A DNA stretch of 64,000 bases from an uncultured Gammaproteobacteria bacterium (GTDB lineage Bacteria > Patescibacteriota > Patescibacteriia > UBA9934 > CAZDDW01). Both the position numbers and the translations under genes were made by a program. The notes below the pieces were generated by a model. The model did no database searches and had not been told where the DNA came from. It saw nothing but the letters and a program-made list of their open reading frames with translations. Of this stretch, positions 29,330-39,214 are shown one piece after another. The stretch covers positions 545,237-609,236 of the forward strand of contig OZ246408.1 of NCBI GenBank assembly GCA_965231015.1, in the 5' to 3' direction. Numbering within the stretch: the stretch's first letter is position 1; each line of letters starts with the position of its first letter.

Positions 29330-30649
29330 TCAATAAAAATCTTTTACCCGGGAATCAGTGATGATGCTGGAACGTGAGAGTTTTTTCTTGAGAACAATTC
29401 CATTTAAAGAAGTGCAACGACTTAACGCTACATAGGTTTGACCGTGAGCAAAACTGCCATGCCCCAAATCAATAATAACTTTATCAAAGGTTTTACCTTG
29501 ACTTTTATGAATTGTGATTGCCCAAGCCAATTTGAGTGGAATTTGTTGGTAAGAACCCATTACGTCACGCGTGAATTCCCCGTCCTCAAAGACATAACGT
29601 GATATTTCCCAATTGTATTTCTTTACCTCAATAACAGAGCCGTCACTTTTTTCGACCGACACGATAAATTCATCTTCCCCACTCTCGCAGTTCAAAAATT
29701 TTTCAATGTTAACCACTTTACCGATTGTACCATTCACAAATCGTCGTTCCGAATCATTACAGATGAACATGACCTGGGCACCGACACATAAGGCGATTTC
29801 CTCATTGTTTGGATACAAATTTCTTGCCACCTTGCCTGACTTTTTAGCGCTAATCACTGTTTCTTTTTGTTTCAATTTTTTCAGTTCAGCTGAATTGATC
29901 CTATCTGCCATGACGTTTGTGGTTACCAAATAAATATACTTATCATTCTTTTTTGGCACAAAGTCTGGAACAAAGCGTGTGTTCAAGATGTTTAGGTGTT
30001 CGTCGCTAACCTCATTATTTCTAACAGCGTTTAAGACGTTGATAAGTCGGCTGTCTTTTTGTCGATAGATTTTTTTTAGTTCAATGACGTTTAAAACAAA
30101 ACTATTTGAAAACAGGTCGTTTTGACCAAGATTATGGAATACATTAGCGTCAAAAAAATACGGTGAATCGTATTCGGAAACAAGCTTGTCCCGATCGGCA
30201 GGTGTGACCACCGGTGGCAACTGGAATAAATCACCGAAGAAGATCATTTGTACTCCGCCAAAAGGTTCATTACTTTGACGAGCTTTTTTTAAAACCGTAT
30301 CCACCGCGTCTAAAAGATCAGCTCTCACCATGGAAATTTCATCTATTGCGATGGTTTTAATCCGTTTTAATTTCTTCTTCATCTTATGATTAATCTTCAT
30401 TTTCTTGGCTTCATCAAGTTCATACCCCGGTTTCAGTAAAAAAAATGAATGCAATGTTTCCCCGTTGACATTAATTGCTGAAATTCCTGTAGGAGCCAAA
30501 ACAATGATTTTCTTTTTGGAATGAAGCCTAATGTGATCCAATAAAGTTGACTTACCGGTACCGGCCTTCCCGGTAATATAAAGAGTGTCACGAGTTTTTT
30601 CTATCCTCGTGACAATATCTTTTGCTTGTTTTGATAGTTTAACTGTCAT
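29330..30649 (-). CDS. Pif1/RecD-like ATP-dependent DNA helicase
   Basis: Walker A GKAGTGKST, IAIDEISMV, QLPPV motif typical of Pif1 family. Confidence 0.8.
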   Translation of the reverse strand: MTVKLSKQAKDIVTRIEKTRDTLYITGKAGTGKSTLLDHIRLHSKKKIIVLAPTGISAINVNGETLHSFFLLKPGYELDEAKKMKINHKMKKKLKRIKTIAIDEISMVRADLLDAVDTVLKKARQSNEPFGGVQMIFFGDLFQLPPVVTPADRDKLVSEYDSPYFFDANVFHNLGQNDLFSNSFVLNVIELKKIYRQKDSRLINVLNAVRNNEVSDEHLNILNTRFVPDFVPKKNDKYIYLVTTNVMADRINSAELKKLKQKETVISAKKSGKVARNLYPNNEEIALCVGAQVMFICNDSERRFVNGTIGKVVNIEKFLNCESGEDEFIVSVEKSDGSVIEVKKYNWEISRYVFEDGEFTRDVMGSYQQIPLKLAWAITIHKSQGKTFDKVIIDLGHGSFAHGQTYVALSRCTSLNGIVLKKKLSRSSIITDSRVKDFY

Positions 30650-30654
30650 CTACT

Positions 30655-31230
30655 CTATTTATTTTTTGCAACTGTTTTTTTGGTTACCGACTTTTTTTTC
30701 GCCGGTGCTTTCTTGTTAGTCTTCTTTTTTATTGCCGGTTTATTTTTAGTTTTCGTAGCACCTTTTTTGGCGGTCTTTTTGACCGGTTTTTTCTTATCTT
30801 CTTTTTCCTTGTTTAGTAGGATATCTTTTATTACAGTTGGTTTAAGAACTTTAAGAATTTCATCAAGTTTATCATTGAGAATCTCGAACTGTTTATTTGA
30901 TGAATCGGTTCCACCATCATTATTTTCAAAACAAGCGCTACAGAAAACGGGTTTACTGCCGGTTGGTTTAAACGGAACTTCACAACTATTACCACATTCG
31001 CTACAAGTGGCTTCATACATCTGTTTATTGCCACGGTCATTTCTTCTATGACCTCTATTATTGCTTCTACCTTGATCTGAACCTCGAAAACAATCATTAC
31101 AGAAAACGGGTTTACTGCCGGTTGGTTTAAACGGAACTTCACAACTATTACCACATTCGCTACAAGTGGCCTTGTGCATCGACGATTTTCTATCTCTGCC
31201 GCCCCGGCTGTCTTTTCTAAAATTTCCCAT
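30655..31230 (-). CDS. tandem CxxC-x17-CxxC zinc-ribbon protein with Lys-rich C-terminal tail
   Basis: Two copies of ATCSECGNSCEVPFKPTGSKPVFC(N/S)(D/A)C (exact 17-residue spacer) then KKxxKK tail. Confidence 0.7.
   Translation of the reverse strand: MGNFRKDSRGGRDRKSSMHKATCSECGNSCEVPFKPTGSKPVFCNDCFRGSDQGRSNNRGHRRNDRGNKQMYEATCSECGNSCEVPFKPTGSKPVFCSACFENNDGGTDSSNKQFEILNDKLDEILKVLKPTVIKDILLNKEKEDKKKPVKKTAKKGATKTKNKPAIKKKTNKKAPAKKKSVTKKTVAKNK
30935..31178. repeat. intragenic near-identical ~75-bp direct repeat (two zinc-ribbon modules)
   Basis: cagaaaacgggtttactgccggttggtttaaacggaacttcacaactattaccacattcgctacaagtggc occurs twice (approx. 30941-31012 and 31103-31174). Confidence 0.8.
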
Positions 31231-31299
31231 AACTTTTATTAACGTGTTATTAGTAGATAAAGTGTATGCTTATTTTGATTCGAAAGCAAGGGGTAAGTT

Positions 31300-31340
31300 C
31301 TAAAAACAAAGACGAAGCTGTAAACGTGCTTCGTCTCTCT
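31300..31340 (-). terminator. Rho-independent terminator 3' of tRNA-Asn
   Basis: Minus-strand gacgaagc-acgtttaca-gcttcgtc + TTTGTTTTT. Confidence 0.6.
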
Positions 31341-31415
31341 TGGCTCCGAGGGCGGGGTTCGAACCCGCGACCCACTGGTTAACAGCCAGTTGCTCTGCCA
31401 CTGAGCTACCTCGGA
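31341..31415 (-). tRNA. tRNA-Asn (anticodon GTT), CCA encoded
   Basis: Manual cloverleaf: TCCGAGG/CCTCGGA acceptor, anticodon loop CTGTTAA, T-loop TTCGAAC, discriminator G + CCA. Confidence 0.9.
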
Positions 31416-31500
31416 TTGTGCCGAGATATTATCAAGATCAAAGATCGTTGTCAACCAAAAACCCGGATCCAACTTCCGTGGTCTCGGGTTTGTTTTTGGT

Positions 31501-32166
31501 CTATTTTGTGGCTGGCATGATCGATGAAAGAATGGTTTCAATGTCGTCGCTATCAAAATTAGCATCTGGGAACCAAACCCCGTCAAGATCATCCGGTACC
31601 GGTTCTGTGCTTTCCACTATGTTCCAGTCCATTGAGAATATTTCGTCATCAATTTCTACAGCATAGCAACCCATGGCCGGAGCACACCCGATTTGATAAA
31701 TAGTGACATAGTCAGTTTCATCAACCTCAGTGTAAGAATCTGTTATTTCCTCTAATTCACCGATTTCAATCGTTTCGGTGATTACATACGGCGAGGTTTC
31801 AGTGACAAGCACCAGTTCGTCAGATCGGTTTGCCTGCACCTGCCAGTTTTCTGGGATTTCCATGGTGAAACCAGTTGTTAAGGTGATTATTTGTGTTTCC
31901 CCCTCTGTTGCTAAATCGTCATCCATGGCTTCGTCTTCCCCCATTGTTCCCTCTTCTTCCATTTGAATCGCTTCAATGTCTTCCGAGTTTACTTCTAAAT
32001 TGCTCTGAATTTCATCAAGGGCAAGACTGATTTCGTTCAGACTCATTTGAGTCATGAACAAGCTAATCAAAACCGCTACAATAGCGAGTCCTGACATAGC
32101 CACACCTAGCACATTTAGAAAATTTGCGCTTGACGGACGTGGATCTTGAGGTTGTTTTTCCTCCAT
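31501..32166 (-). CDS. membrane-anchored highly acidic hypothetical protein
   Basis: 221 aa; one TM (LGVAMSGLAIVAVLISLFM), D/E-rich ectodomain. Confidence 0.5.
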   Translation of the reverse strand: MEEKQPQDPRPSSANFLNVLGVAMSGLAIVAVLISLFMTQMSLNEISLALDEIQSNLEVNSEDIEAIQMEEEGTMGEDEAMDDDLATEGETQIITLTTGFTMEIPENWQVQANRSDELVLVTETSPYVITETIEIGELEEITDSYTEVDETDYVTIYQIGCAPAMGCYAVEIDDEIFSMDWNIVESTEPVPDDLDGVWFPDANFDSDDIETILSSIMPATK

Positions 32167-32175
32167 ATATTTAGG

Positions 32176-33474
32176 TTAATAATCTCTTAATTTTTCAATT
32201 GCCGAGTTGCCTTGAATTCGTTCCAAGGCCTTGGCCTCAATTTGTCGAATACGCTCACGGGTCACGTCGAATTCTTTCCCTACTTCTTCCAGAGTGTGAC
32301 TCACTCCATCGGTCAAACCAAATCGCATTTCCAGAATCTTTTGTTCACGCGGGCTCAAGTCTTTCATGGCATCATTCACATAATCGCGCAATAGCTCTCG
32401 AGCCGCCGCGCGGTCCGGACTGATGTTTTTAACGTCTTCGATGAAATCTTCCAGTTTTGAGTCCTCATCATCTTCACCCACCGATGTCTCTAATGATACC
32501 GTATCTTGAGAAATTTTGATAATGTGGCGAACTTTATCAAGAGGCTGATCCATTTCCGCCGCAATTTCTTCCGGTAATGGTTCACGCCCTAAGTCCTGAA
32601 TCAAACGACGCTCAATTTGTTGAAAACGGTTAATTGTTTCCACCATGTGAACCGGGATACGAATAGTTCTGGATTGATCAGCCAGAGCTCGGGTAATGGC
32701 TTGGCGAATCCACCAGGTGGCATAAGTCGAAAATTTATATCCTTTACGGTACTCAAACTTTTTGACAGCTCGAAATAATCCAATGTTACCTTCTTGAATC
32801 AAATCCAGCAGTGACAATTGTTTTCCTACAAATTTTTTCGCAATCGAAACAACTAAGCGCAGGTTGGCTTCAATCAGTCGCCGCTCGGCTTCTTTGTCGT
32901 TCCGTTCCTTTCTTTTGGCTAACGCCACCTCTTCTTCAGCGGTAAGCAACGGGATTTTACCAATTTCTCGCAAATACATTTGGATTGAGTCCTGTGTGAT
33001 ATCCGAAAGATCCACGCGTTTTTTATCCGCGGAAACACGTATTTTTTCCAAGGCTTCGTCCCGATCCTTTTCTCGGCCAAGAATTCCTTCTTTCATTTCC
33101 AGCAAGTGCACACCGTAACGCTCCAGCTCATCAAGAAACTCAAAATAGGCCGGCATGTATTCCTCTACCTCATTAAAGGTGTGTAGGACCTCGTTTTCAG
33201 TAACAAATCCGCGATGACGTCCTTTGCGAATCAATTTATCAATGACTTCGGGTTCTGGCGGTGGAACTTTTGGACGTCTTTTGCGCGTGGTCTTTTTCGT
33301 GGCTTTCTTTTTAGTGCTCGTTTTCTTCTTTACCGTTGTCTTCTTTACTTTTTTATTAGCCGGAACTTTTTTGGTAGTCTCCTTTTTTACAGTTTTCTTT
33401 TTCGTAGTCGTCTTTTTCTTGCGGGCTGTTTTCTTCTTGGCTGTGGTCTTAGTCTTTGCTTTTGGCATACACAT
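32176..33474 (-). CDS. rpoD: RNA polymerase sigma-70 factor RpoD with Lys-rich N-terminal extension
   Basis: Region 2.4/3/4 motifs ([13 protein letters not shown], …[13 protein letters not shown]…), 432 aa. Confidence 0.9.
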   Translation of the reverse strand: MCMPKAKTKTTAKKKTARKKKTTTKKKTVKKETTKKVPANKKVKKTTVKKKTSTKKKATKKTTRKRRPKVPPPEPEVIDKLIRKGRHRGFVTENEVLHTFNEVEEYMPAYFEFLDELERYGVHLLEMKEGILGREKDRDEALEKIRVSADKKRVDLSDITQDSIQMYLREIGKIPLLTAEEEVALAKRKERNDKEAERRLIEANLRLVVSIAKKFVGKQLSLLDLIQEGNIGLFRAVKKFEYRKGYKFSTYATWWIRQAITRALADQSRTIRIPVHMVETINRFQQIERRLIQDLGREPLPEEIAAEMDQPLDKVRHIIKISQDTVSLETSVGEDDEDSKLEDFIEDVKNISPDRAAARELLRDYVNDAMKDLSPREQKILEMRFGLTDGVSHTLEEVGKEFDVTRERIRQIEAKALERIQGNSAIEKLRDY

Positions 33475-33482
33475 TTAACCCG

Positions 33483-35294
33483 CTAATCCTTTTTTGGCAT
33501 TAGCGAGTTGAGTTTTTCGATTAATTGTTTGACTTTTTCGGCTTCACCTTGGCTCTCGGCCAGTCTAATAGCCGCCTCCAAGTCTTTTCGCTTTGCTTTT
33601 CGCAAAGTCTGATGCATGGCATCAAGGTATGCATTAAGTTGTGTTCGCAGCTCGTTTGGCGCATAGTCTTCCAGCATTTTTTCACCGGTCATGGAGATTT
33701 CGTCCAGGAGCTTTGCAATATGACTTTGCTCCTCATCTGCGGCTAATTTATGGCGGAGTTGCGCGAAAAATGATTTTTCTGCGAATTGAGATTTGTCCGA
33801 ATTATATTCTAAAATCAGTGTTTTGTAAAGCTTGGTATAGTCGTTTTCCGGCAGCTCGTTCGGTTCAAGTGTGCTGATTATACCCTCCCTTAACTCATCA
33901 GAGACCATAAATAAGGCTAAAATTATACCCAAGGTTTGTTCAAAAGGTGTTTTGCTGGTTTTTTTGGCCATGGCCGCAGTTTCCCTTCTTTGCTCCTGGT
34001 GAACCTCATGAATTTGAGGCAGTGCATTGCGTAAAACATTGATATCCATTCTTAGCAAATCTGATAATTGTTGAAGCCAGTATTCTCGCTCGATTTTATC
34101 TTTCAGATAGGCTATTTCCGTTAATAGAAATTTTCCCACCTCTTTCTTTTCCTTTACGGCCGACATTTTTTTACCTTTTGTGGTTTGTCGAAAATAGTAG
34201 TCCATGATGGAAATAGGTTGGTTGACTGCGGTTGTCCAGAGCTCAGGATCTTTTTGTATCAGATCATCCGGGTCCTTGGCTTCGGCATCGTTTAAAATTA
34301 CCACCATAACTTCCCCACCCTGACCTTGGGCTAAACGAATTCCTCGTTTGGCTGCAGCAAATCCAGCGGCGTCAGCGTCAAAACAAAAAATTAGTTGATT
34401 GGTGTAGCGAAGTAAAGACTCGATCTGTCTCTCGGTCAGAGCTGTACCAGAACTGGCCACCACGTTCTCAATACCAGCTTTGTGTGAAGCTATTACATCC
34501 AGATTTCCTTCGACAATAATTACTGAATTTTTTTGTTTGATCGCTCCTTTAGCCAAATCAAGTCCGTACAACAGATCTGATTTTTGATAAATCGGAGTTT
34601 CTGGCGAGTTCATGTATTTCGGTCCGGACTTCTCCGTCATGACTCCAAGAATTCTCCCTGTGAACCCAACCACATTTCCGTGATGATCTCGCAGTGGAAC
34701 CATGATGCGATTTCTGAATTTGTCGATGATCCCGGTGCCTGATTTTTTTCTTTGTGCCAATCCACCCTTAATAACCTCTTGGGCTGTGTACCCGCGTGAA
34801 ATCAAAAAGTCACTTAATTTGTTCCAATCGTCAGGCGCAAAGCCTAAACCAAATTTTTCTGCTAGGTCATGATCAATTCCTCGGTTTTCCAAATAGGCTC
34901 GGGCGCTCGCTGCGGCATTAGAATCAGTTAACACTTTTTTATAATACTTCACGGCTAGGTCATGCATGGTCATCAATCTTTGTCGTTCGTTGGAGCGAGC
35001 CGAATTGAAACGAGGAATTTCCACTCCAGCTTTTCGAGCCAGAATACGTAAAGCTTCTGGAAATTCTACACCTTCTATGTCCATCACGAAGCTAAAAATA
35101 TCACCTCCGGCATCACAGCCAAAACAGTGCCAAATTTCTTTTTCATCGGACACGTAAAACGAAGGTGTCTTTTCTTGATGAAACGGACACACCGTTTTAA
35201 AACTGCCTGTATTGCCGGCCGGTTTTAGCGGAACATATTCGCCCACGACTTCAGAGACTTTAAGTCTGCGTTTGATGTCATCTTTAGGATCCAT
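33483..35294 (-). CDS. dnaG: DNA primase
   Basis: Zn-binding CPFHQEKTPSF…CFGC, TOPRIM motifs; dnaG-rpoD operon arrangement. Confidence 0.9.
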   Translation of the reverse strand: MDPKDDIKRRLKVSEVVGEYVPLKPAGNTGSFKTVCPFHQEKTPSFYVSDEKEIWHCFGCDAGGDIFSFVMDIEGVEFPEALRILARKAGVEIPRFNSARSNERQRLMTMHDLAVKYYKKVLTDSNAAASARAYLENRGIDHDLAEKFGLGFAPDDWNKLSDFLISRGYTAQEVIKGGLAQRKKSGTGIIDKFRNRIMVPLRDHHGNVVGFTGRILGVMTEKSGPKYMNSPETPIYQKSDLLYGLDLAKGAIKQKNSVIIVEGNLDVIASHKAGIENVVASSGTALTERQIESLLRYTNQLIFCFDADAAGFAAAKRGIRLAQGQGGEVMVVILNDAEAKDPDDLIQKDPELWTTAVNQPISIMDYYFRQTTKGKKMSAVKEKKEVGKFLLTEIAYLKDKIEREYWLQQLSDLLRMDINVLRNALPQIHEVHQEQRRETAAMAKKTSKTPFEQTLGIILALFMVSDELREGIISTLEPNELPENDYTKLYKTLILEYNSDKSQFAEKSFFAQLRHKLAADEEQSHIAKLLDEISMTGEKMLEDYAPNELRTQLNAYLDAMHQTLRKAKRKDLEAAIRLAESQGEAEKVKQLIEKLNSLMPKKD

Positions 35295-35357
35295 ATTGCT
35301 TGTACTCTATATGAGAAACATAAAAACGCCAAGCTGGGCGCATATTTTAGTTGAAAA

Positions 35358-36320
35358 TTAAACTGTTCCAAAGATTCTAAGAGCAATGTAACCTACATAT
35401 GCTGTTAGGAACATGATTCCTCCCCAACGTTCAAGACGTCGCTTTTCCCCCACAAAAAGTACCGCAAATAAGGCCAGGGAGGCCGCTATAACAATAACCG
35501 CATCAACAAAACTATCTTTTTCAAATGGAATCGGGGCTACAATAGCAGTCGCACCAAGAACCAGGAAAATATTGAAAATGTTGGATCCAACAATGTTGCC
35601 AATGGCCATGTCGACCTCGTTTCTACGTACTGCGATTATCGAAGTGACAAGCTCTGGCAGGCTGGTACCAAGCGCCACGATGGTCAAACCGATTATTGTT
35701 TGTGAAATATTTAAAATTTCTGCAATGGCTACAGCGTTATCCACGATCACACGACCGCCGACAAACAGCGCAGCCAGTCCGCCAAAAATATAAAAGATTG
35801 ATTTTGCTTTTGAAATTATGTCTTTCCCCCTAATGTCTTCATCGGGAAAAGGTTTAGCAGCACCGTAAGAGTAATATAAAAAGATTAAGAAAAAGGCCAA
35901 CAGGGCAAAACCTTCTGTGCGGCTGATCATATTTGAAGCAAAACCATCAAGATATATGTCTGCGGCAAAAACCAGTACAATGACTGCGGCTAAAAGCGAG
36001 AATGGAATTTCTTTATTAATGGTTTGTCGTTTAACACGCAGGGTTTTGAAAATCGCGGCCGCACCAAGAACCAATAAAATGTTGGCCATGTTGGAACCAA
36101 GAATGTTTCCAATAGCTACTTGATTGGCTCCCTGAAAAGCTGAAAAAACATTAACCACAAGTTCCGGAGCTGAAGTACCAAAAGCCACCACAGTCAACCC
36201 AATCACGAGCGGGCTTACCTTCATCCGCATTGCAATGGCAGTTGATCCATCAACTAAAAGGTTAGCCCCGCGAATCAGGAGGTAAAAACCAACTGTTAGA
36301 AATAATATATTTAGAACCAT
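35358..36320 (-). CDS. Ca2+/cation antiporter (CaCA/YrbG family)
   Basis: Two alpha-repeats GTSAPELVVN and GTSLPELVTS. Confidence 0.85.
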   Translation of the reverse strand: MVLNILFLTVGFYLLIRGANLLVDGSTAIAMRMKVSPLVIGLTVVAFGTSAPELVVNVFSAFQGANQVAIGNILGSNMANILLVLGAAAIFKTLRVKRQTINKEIPFSLLAAVIVLVFAADIYLDGFASNMISRTEGFALLAFFLIFLYYSYGAAKPFPDEDIRGKDIISKAKSIFYIFGGLAALFVGGRVIVDNAVAIAEILNISQTIIGLTIVALGTSLPELVTSIIAVRRNEVDMAIGNIVGSNIFNIFLVLGATAIVAPIPFEKDSFVDAVIVIAASLALFAVLFVGEKRRLERWGGIMFLTAYVGYIALRIFGTV

Positions 36321-36321
36321 A

Positions 36322-36624
36322 TTACATGCGGCTGATTTCAGTCTGAATACGTTGAACCTCTTCTTGTACTAAGGGACCCTCATATTCTCCGGAGTGAGCC
36401 CGGCTTCCTTCGTAGCTGGCTTGTTTTTGGTCGATATGGAGATTAATGCTAATTCCACCATCGAAGTCATCAACGTAAGCGTGATAGCGTGGATACCGAT
36501 CATTCCCAAGCCGGCGCGAATAACTAAACAGCTGGGTGTTGTGGTCATAGTGTTCTCCATAACCCAAACGACGCATGATATTACGTGAGGTGTCTGGGAG
36601 TTTTCCTTTAGCTATCAATTTCAT
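36322..36624 (-). CDS. hypothetical 100-aa protein
   Basis: ORF tightly coupled (2-nt gap) to antiporter gene; no recognised motif. Confidence 0.4.
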   Translation of the reverse strand: MKLIAKGKLPDTSRNIMRRLGYGEHYDHNTQLFSYSRRLGNDRYPRYHAYVDDFDGGISINLHIDQKQASYEGSRAHSGEYEGPLVQEEVQRIQTEISRM

Positions 36625-36695
36625 AATGTTCCAATTTTACCTCATTTTGGATTCATTGTCATGTCTGGTAAAATAGATATAATTAAACCAACAAT

Positions 36696-38663
36696 ATGCG
36701 TTCAATTTTGATAACTATGAGTTTGTTGATAGGATCAACTGCTTTTTTTGTACCCACAGCAATGGCTCAAACCTCGTCACTAGTTCCAGATTTATCTGAA
36801 TCTATTAGTGACGAATATTATACTTATGAGGTTACTGAAGATGATGAATCAGTTGAGGTTATCTCTTCCTGTTCGTCTGAAGAAACTCCTCCGAATTTCG
36901 AGGAACCAAGCGAATGTGTCGCTTTCTGTGATTCGTGTGTCCTAAGGGACGACCTGTGTTGGTATTGCGATGATGAAGACCTGGTCTATGAATATCAGGA
37001 AAAAGGTCTTTGGAATGGAATAAAAAATTGGTTTAATCGCATTTTCCGACCCAATGCTCCGGCTGTTGGTGGTGGACAGGCTGCTGGTCAGCAAAAAGGG
37101 TGGCTTGGAAAAGTGATCGATGCAGTTGTTAATCTGTTCACAAAGGAAGATCCCGAACAGGCGGCCGAACAAGTTGGAAATGAAAAAATCCGCGAAGCAG
37201 GAAAGAAGGTGTTGGAACACCATGAAGCCAAAAAGAAAAGCGAAGAAGGACCAAGTGCGGCTGAAGTCGAGAACGCGCTCAAAGAGGCTTTTGCTAATGC
37301 CAACAACATTTCCGATCTGATTAAATTGCGTTCCATGATGATGTGGTATTGCAACAATGAGTATGGAATCAGTTATGCTGAGCACGAGTGTCGAGAGCGA
37401 ATGATGGCGGAGTTCAAAAAACGGGGCGATGTTTTAAAACATAAATTATTGGACGCTATTGATCCATCGAGCGGGTCTGCTGACACTTTCCTCAAAATGC
37501 GGAGCTTGTATGTCATCTTAATGGCAGGGAAAAATGCGTCCGGTGAAGGGGTTTGGTTTTCAACCGATAACATCAAGGAAGTTCGTGAAAAGCTTCGAGT
37601 CAAAGCCAAGGAGTGGATGAAACATGCTCTTAATAAAGCCGGATTAGCTGAAATGGCCAACTGGAGAATTTTTGCCGACACTTATACGAATGTTTCAGGT
37701 GGCGGATCAGGTCTTTTTACTGGCTTTGCTCCTAAAGGATACGTTCAATACCGAGCTCAACGTTTAGTTCTTCAAGCCATGGCAGACATGGATATTTGTA
37801 ATCCTGACCCGGAAAAATTGAAGCGACTTCAGAATCTTTTGAATAATAACGGCCGCAGTTGTGTTGAACTTATCGGCAGTCAAGATATCTGTAATCTTAT
37901 TAATGACGGAAACATTGAAGAGGCTTACAAGAAGCTGTATGAATTAGGTGAAGATGATGAAGCAAGTAAGGAAGACCCAAACAAAGCCCCAGAGCCAGTC
38001 GATTGTTCAAAACCAGCCACTCAAACCACTGACACCACCACGGGTGATGAGACGGAAACGGATGGTGATGAAGAGGAAACAACAGTGTCCGACAATACGG
38101 TTGACCCTATACAGGGAGCCGAGAGTGAACAGAGTGAACAGAGCCAGCAGAGTCAGGTTGGTACTGATGAAAGTGGCGAGTCAACTAGTGACCTGCCTGA
38201 ACAAGAAGAGTCGGAAGAACCAGCACCTGAACCGGAAATACCTGAAGAGCCAGAAACTAAACCGTCAGGGGATAATGAGTCGGATCAAGCTGATGAAGAA
38301 GATGAAGATATTCCGGAAGATGAAGAGCAAGAACCAGCACCTGAACCAGATCCAGAGCCGGAACCGGAGCCTGAATACACTTGTTCGGTTAGCACATATT
38401 TCGATGAAACCACTGGTTGGGATTATTCTGTATCAGATTGTGACTATGGATATTATGACGCGTTTGAGTGTTGGATGATGTGTGGCTCTATGCCGCCTAT
38501 GGTGGTGGCGGAACAAACAGAGTTTGAAACGCTCTGTTATGAAACAGCGGGCGGTTTTGTGGATTACAATATGATTTTGCCGTGTCGGTTTGATCCGGAA
38601 CCACCATCTGATGTTGCGCAATGCACCAGTGATTGTCTGCGTGATGATTGGTTGCCATATTAG
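36696..38663 (+). CDS. large secreted acidic protein with Cys-rich termini and EPEPEP low-complexity region
   Basis: Signal peptide MRSILITMSLLIGSTAFFVPTAMA; 655 aa; long D/E/P tract 37.98-38.39 kb. Confidence 0.6.
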   Translation: MRSILITMSLLIGSTAFFVPTAMAQTSSLVPDLSESISDEYYTYEVTEDDESVEVISSCSSEETPPNFEEPSECVAFCDSCVLRDDLCWYCDDEDLVYEYQEKGLWNGIKNWFNRIFRPNAPAVGGGQAAGQQKGWLGKVIDAVVNLFTKEDPEQAAEQVGNEKIREAGKKVLEHHEAKKKSEEGPSAAEVENALKEAFANANNISDLIKLRSMMMWYCNNEYGISYAEHECRERMMAEFKKRGDVLKHKLLDAIDPSSGSADTFLKMRSLYVILMAGKNASGEGVWFSTDNIKEVREKLRVKAKEWMKHALNKAGLAEMANWRIFADTYTNVSGGGSGLFTGFAPKGYVQYRAQRLVLQAMADMDICNPDPEKLKRLQNLLNNNGRSCVELIGSQDICNLINDGNIEEAYKKLYELGEDDEASKEDPNKAPEPVDCSKPATQTTDTTTGDETETDGDEEETTVSDNTVDPIQGAESEQSEQSQQSQVGTDESGESTSDLPEQEESEEPAPEPEIPEEPETKPSGDNESDQADEEDEDIPEDEEQEPAPEPDPEPEPEPEYTCSVSTYFDETTGWDYSVSDCDYGYYDAFECWMMCGSMPPMVVAEQTEFETLCYETAGGFVDYNMILPCRFDPEPPSDVAQCTSDCLRDDWLPY

Positions 38664-38691
38664 CCTAATTAAGCTAAGATGACGCTCACGC

Positions 38692-38779
38692 GGAGGGTTG
38701 ACCGAGAGGCCGATGGTGCACGCTTGGAAAGCGTGTGTGTCGAAAGGCACCATGGGTTCGAATCCCATACCCTCCGCCA
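38692..38779 (+). tRNA. tRNA-Ser (anticodon GGA), long variable arm, CCA encoded
   Basis: Manual fold: GGAGGGT/ACCCTCC acceptor, anticodon loop TTGGAAA, variable arm TGTGTCGAAAGGCACC, T-loop TTCGAAT. Confidence 0.85.
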
Positions 38780-38827
38780 GAATTATTCTGGTACAAGTGC
38801 AGGAAAAAGATGTAAAATACAAATAAT

Positions 38828-39157
38828 ATGTTTAAAAGAAAAACTATGAAAACAAATAATCTGACAATCATGTCTTTGATTCATGCGGCATCTGTTTACA
38901 TTTACATATTTTTTGTGGTGATGCTCATGAACTCAATGCAGTATATTTTTATTGAAGAAAACGAAATAGCTGCTGCGCTTGTTATGCTGGTACTATTCGT
39001 TGTTTCTGCCTGTATCACCGGAGCGTTGATTTTAGGAAAGCCAATCTTGCTTTATCTTGAAAAGAAAAAACAAGAAGCGTTGAAGATGTTTTTTATGACC
39101 GTTGGCTGGTTGGTGCTGATTCTTGCGGTAACAATAGTTGTTTGGAGCGTCATTTAA
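38828..39157 (+). CDS. small membrane protein (3 TM), unknown function
   Basis: 109-aa hydrophobic ORF followed by terminator. Confidence 0.4.
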   Translation: MFKRKTMKTNNLTIMSLIHAASVYIYIFFVVMLMNSMQYIFIEENEIAAALVMLVLFVVSACITGALILGKPILLYLEKKKQEALKMFFMTVGWLVLILAVTIVVWSVI

Positions 39158-39175
39158 GGTTATCCACAATAAACA

Positions 39176-39214
39176 AAAAGCCCGTCAAGGTATATCCCTG
39201 GCGGGCTTTTAAAG
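39176..39214. terminator. bidirectional Rho-independent terminator
   Basis: AAAAA-gcccgtcaagg…cctggcgggc-TTTT. Confidence 0.6.

Noticed and set aside
31239-31666. 117-aa (-) and 108-aa (+) ORFs spanning the tRNA-Asn locus
   Set aside because: They overlap a well-folded tRNA and its terminator and show no protein-like features.
38433-38871. 129-aa and 61-aa minus ORFs across tRNA-Ser
   Set aside because: They are antisense to tRNA-Ser and the end of the secreted-protein gene, so they are spurious.
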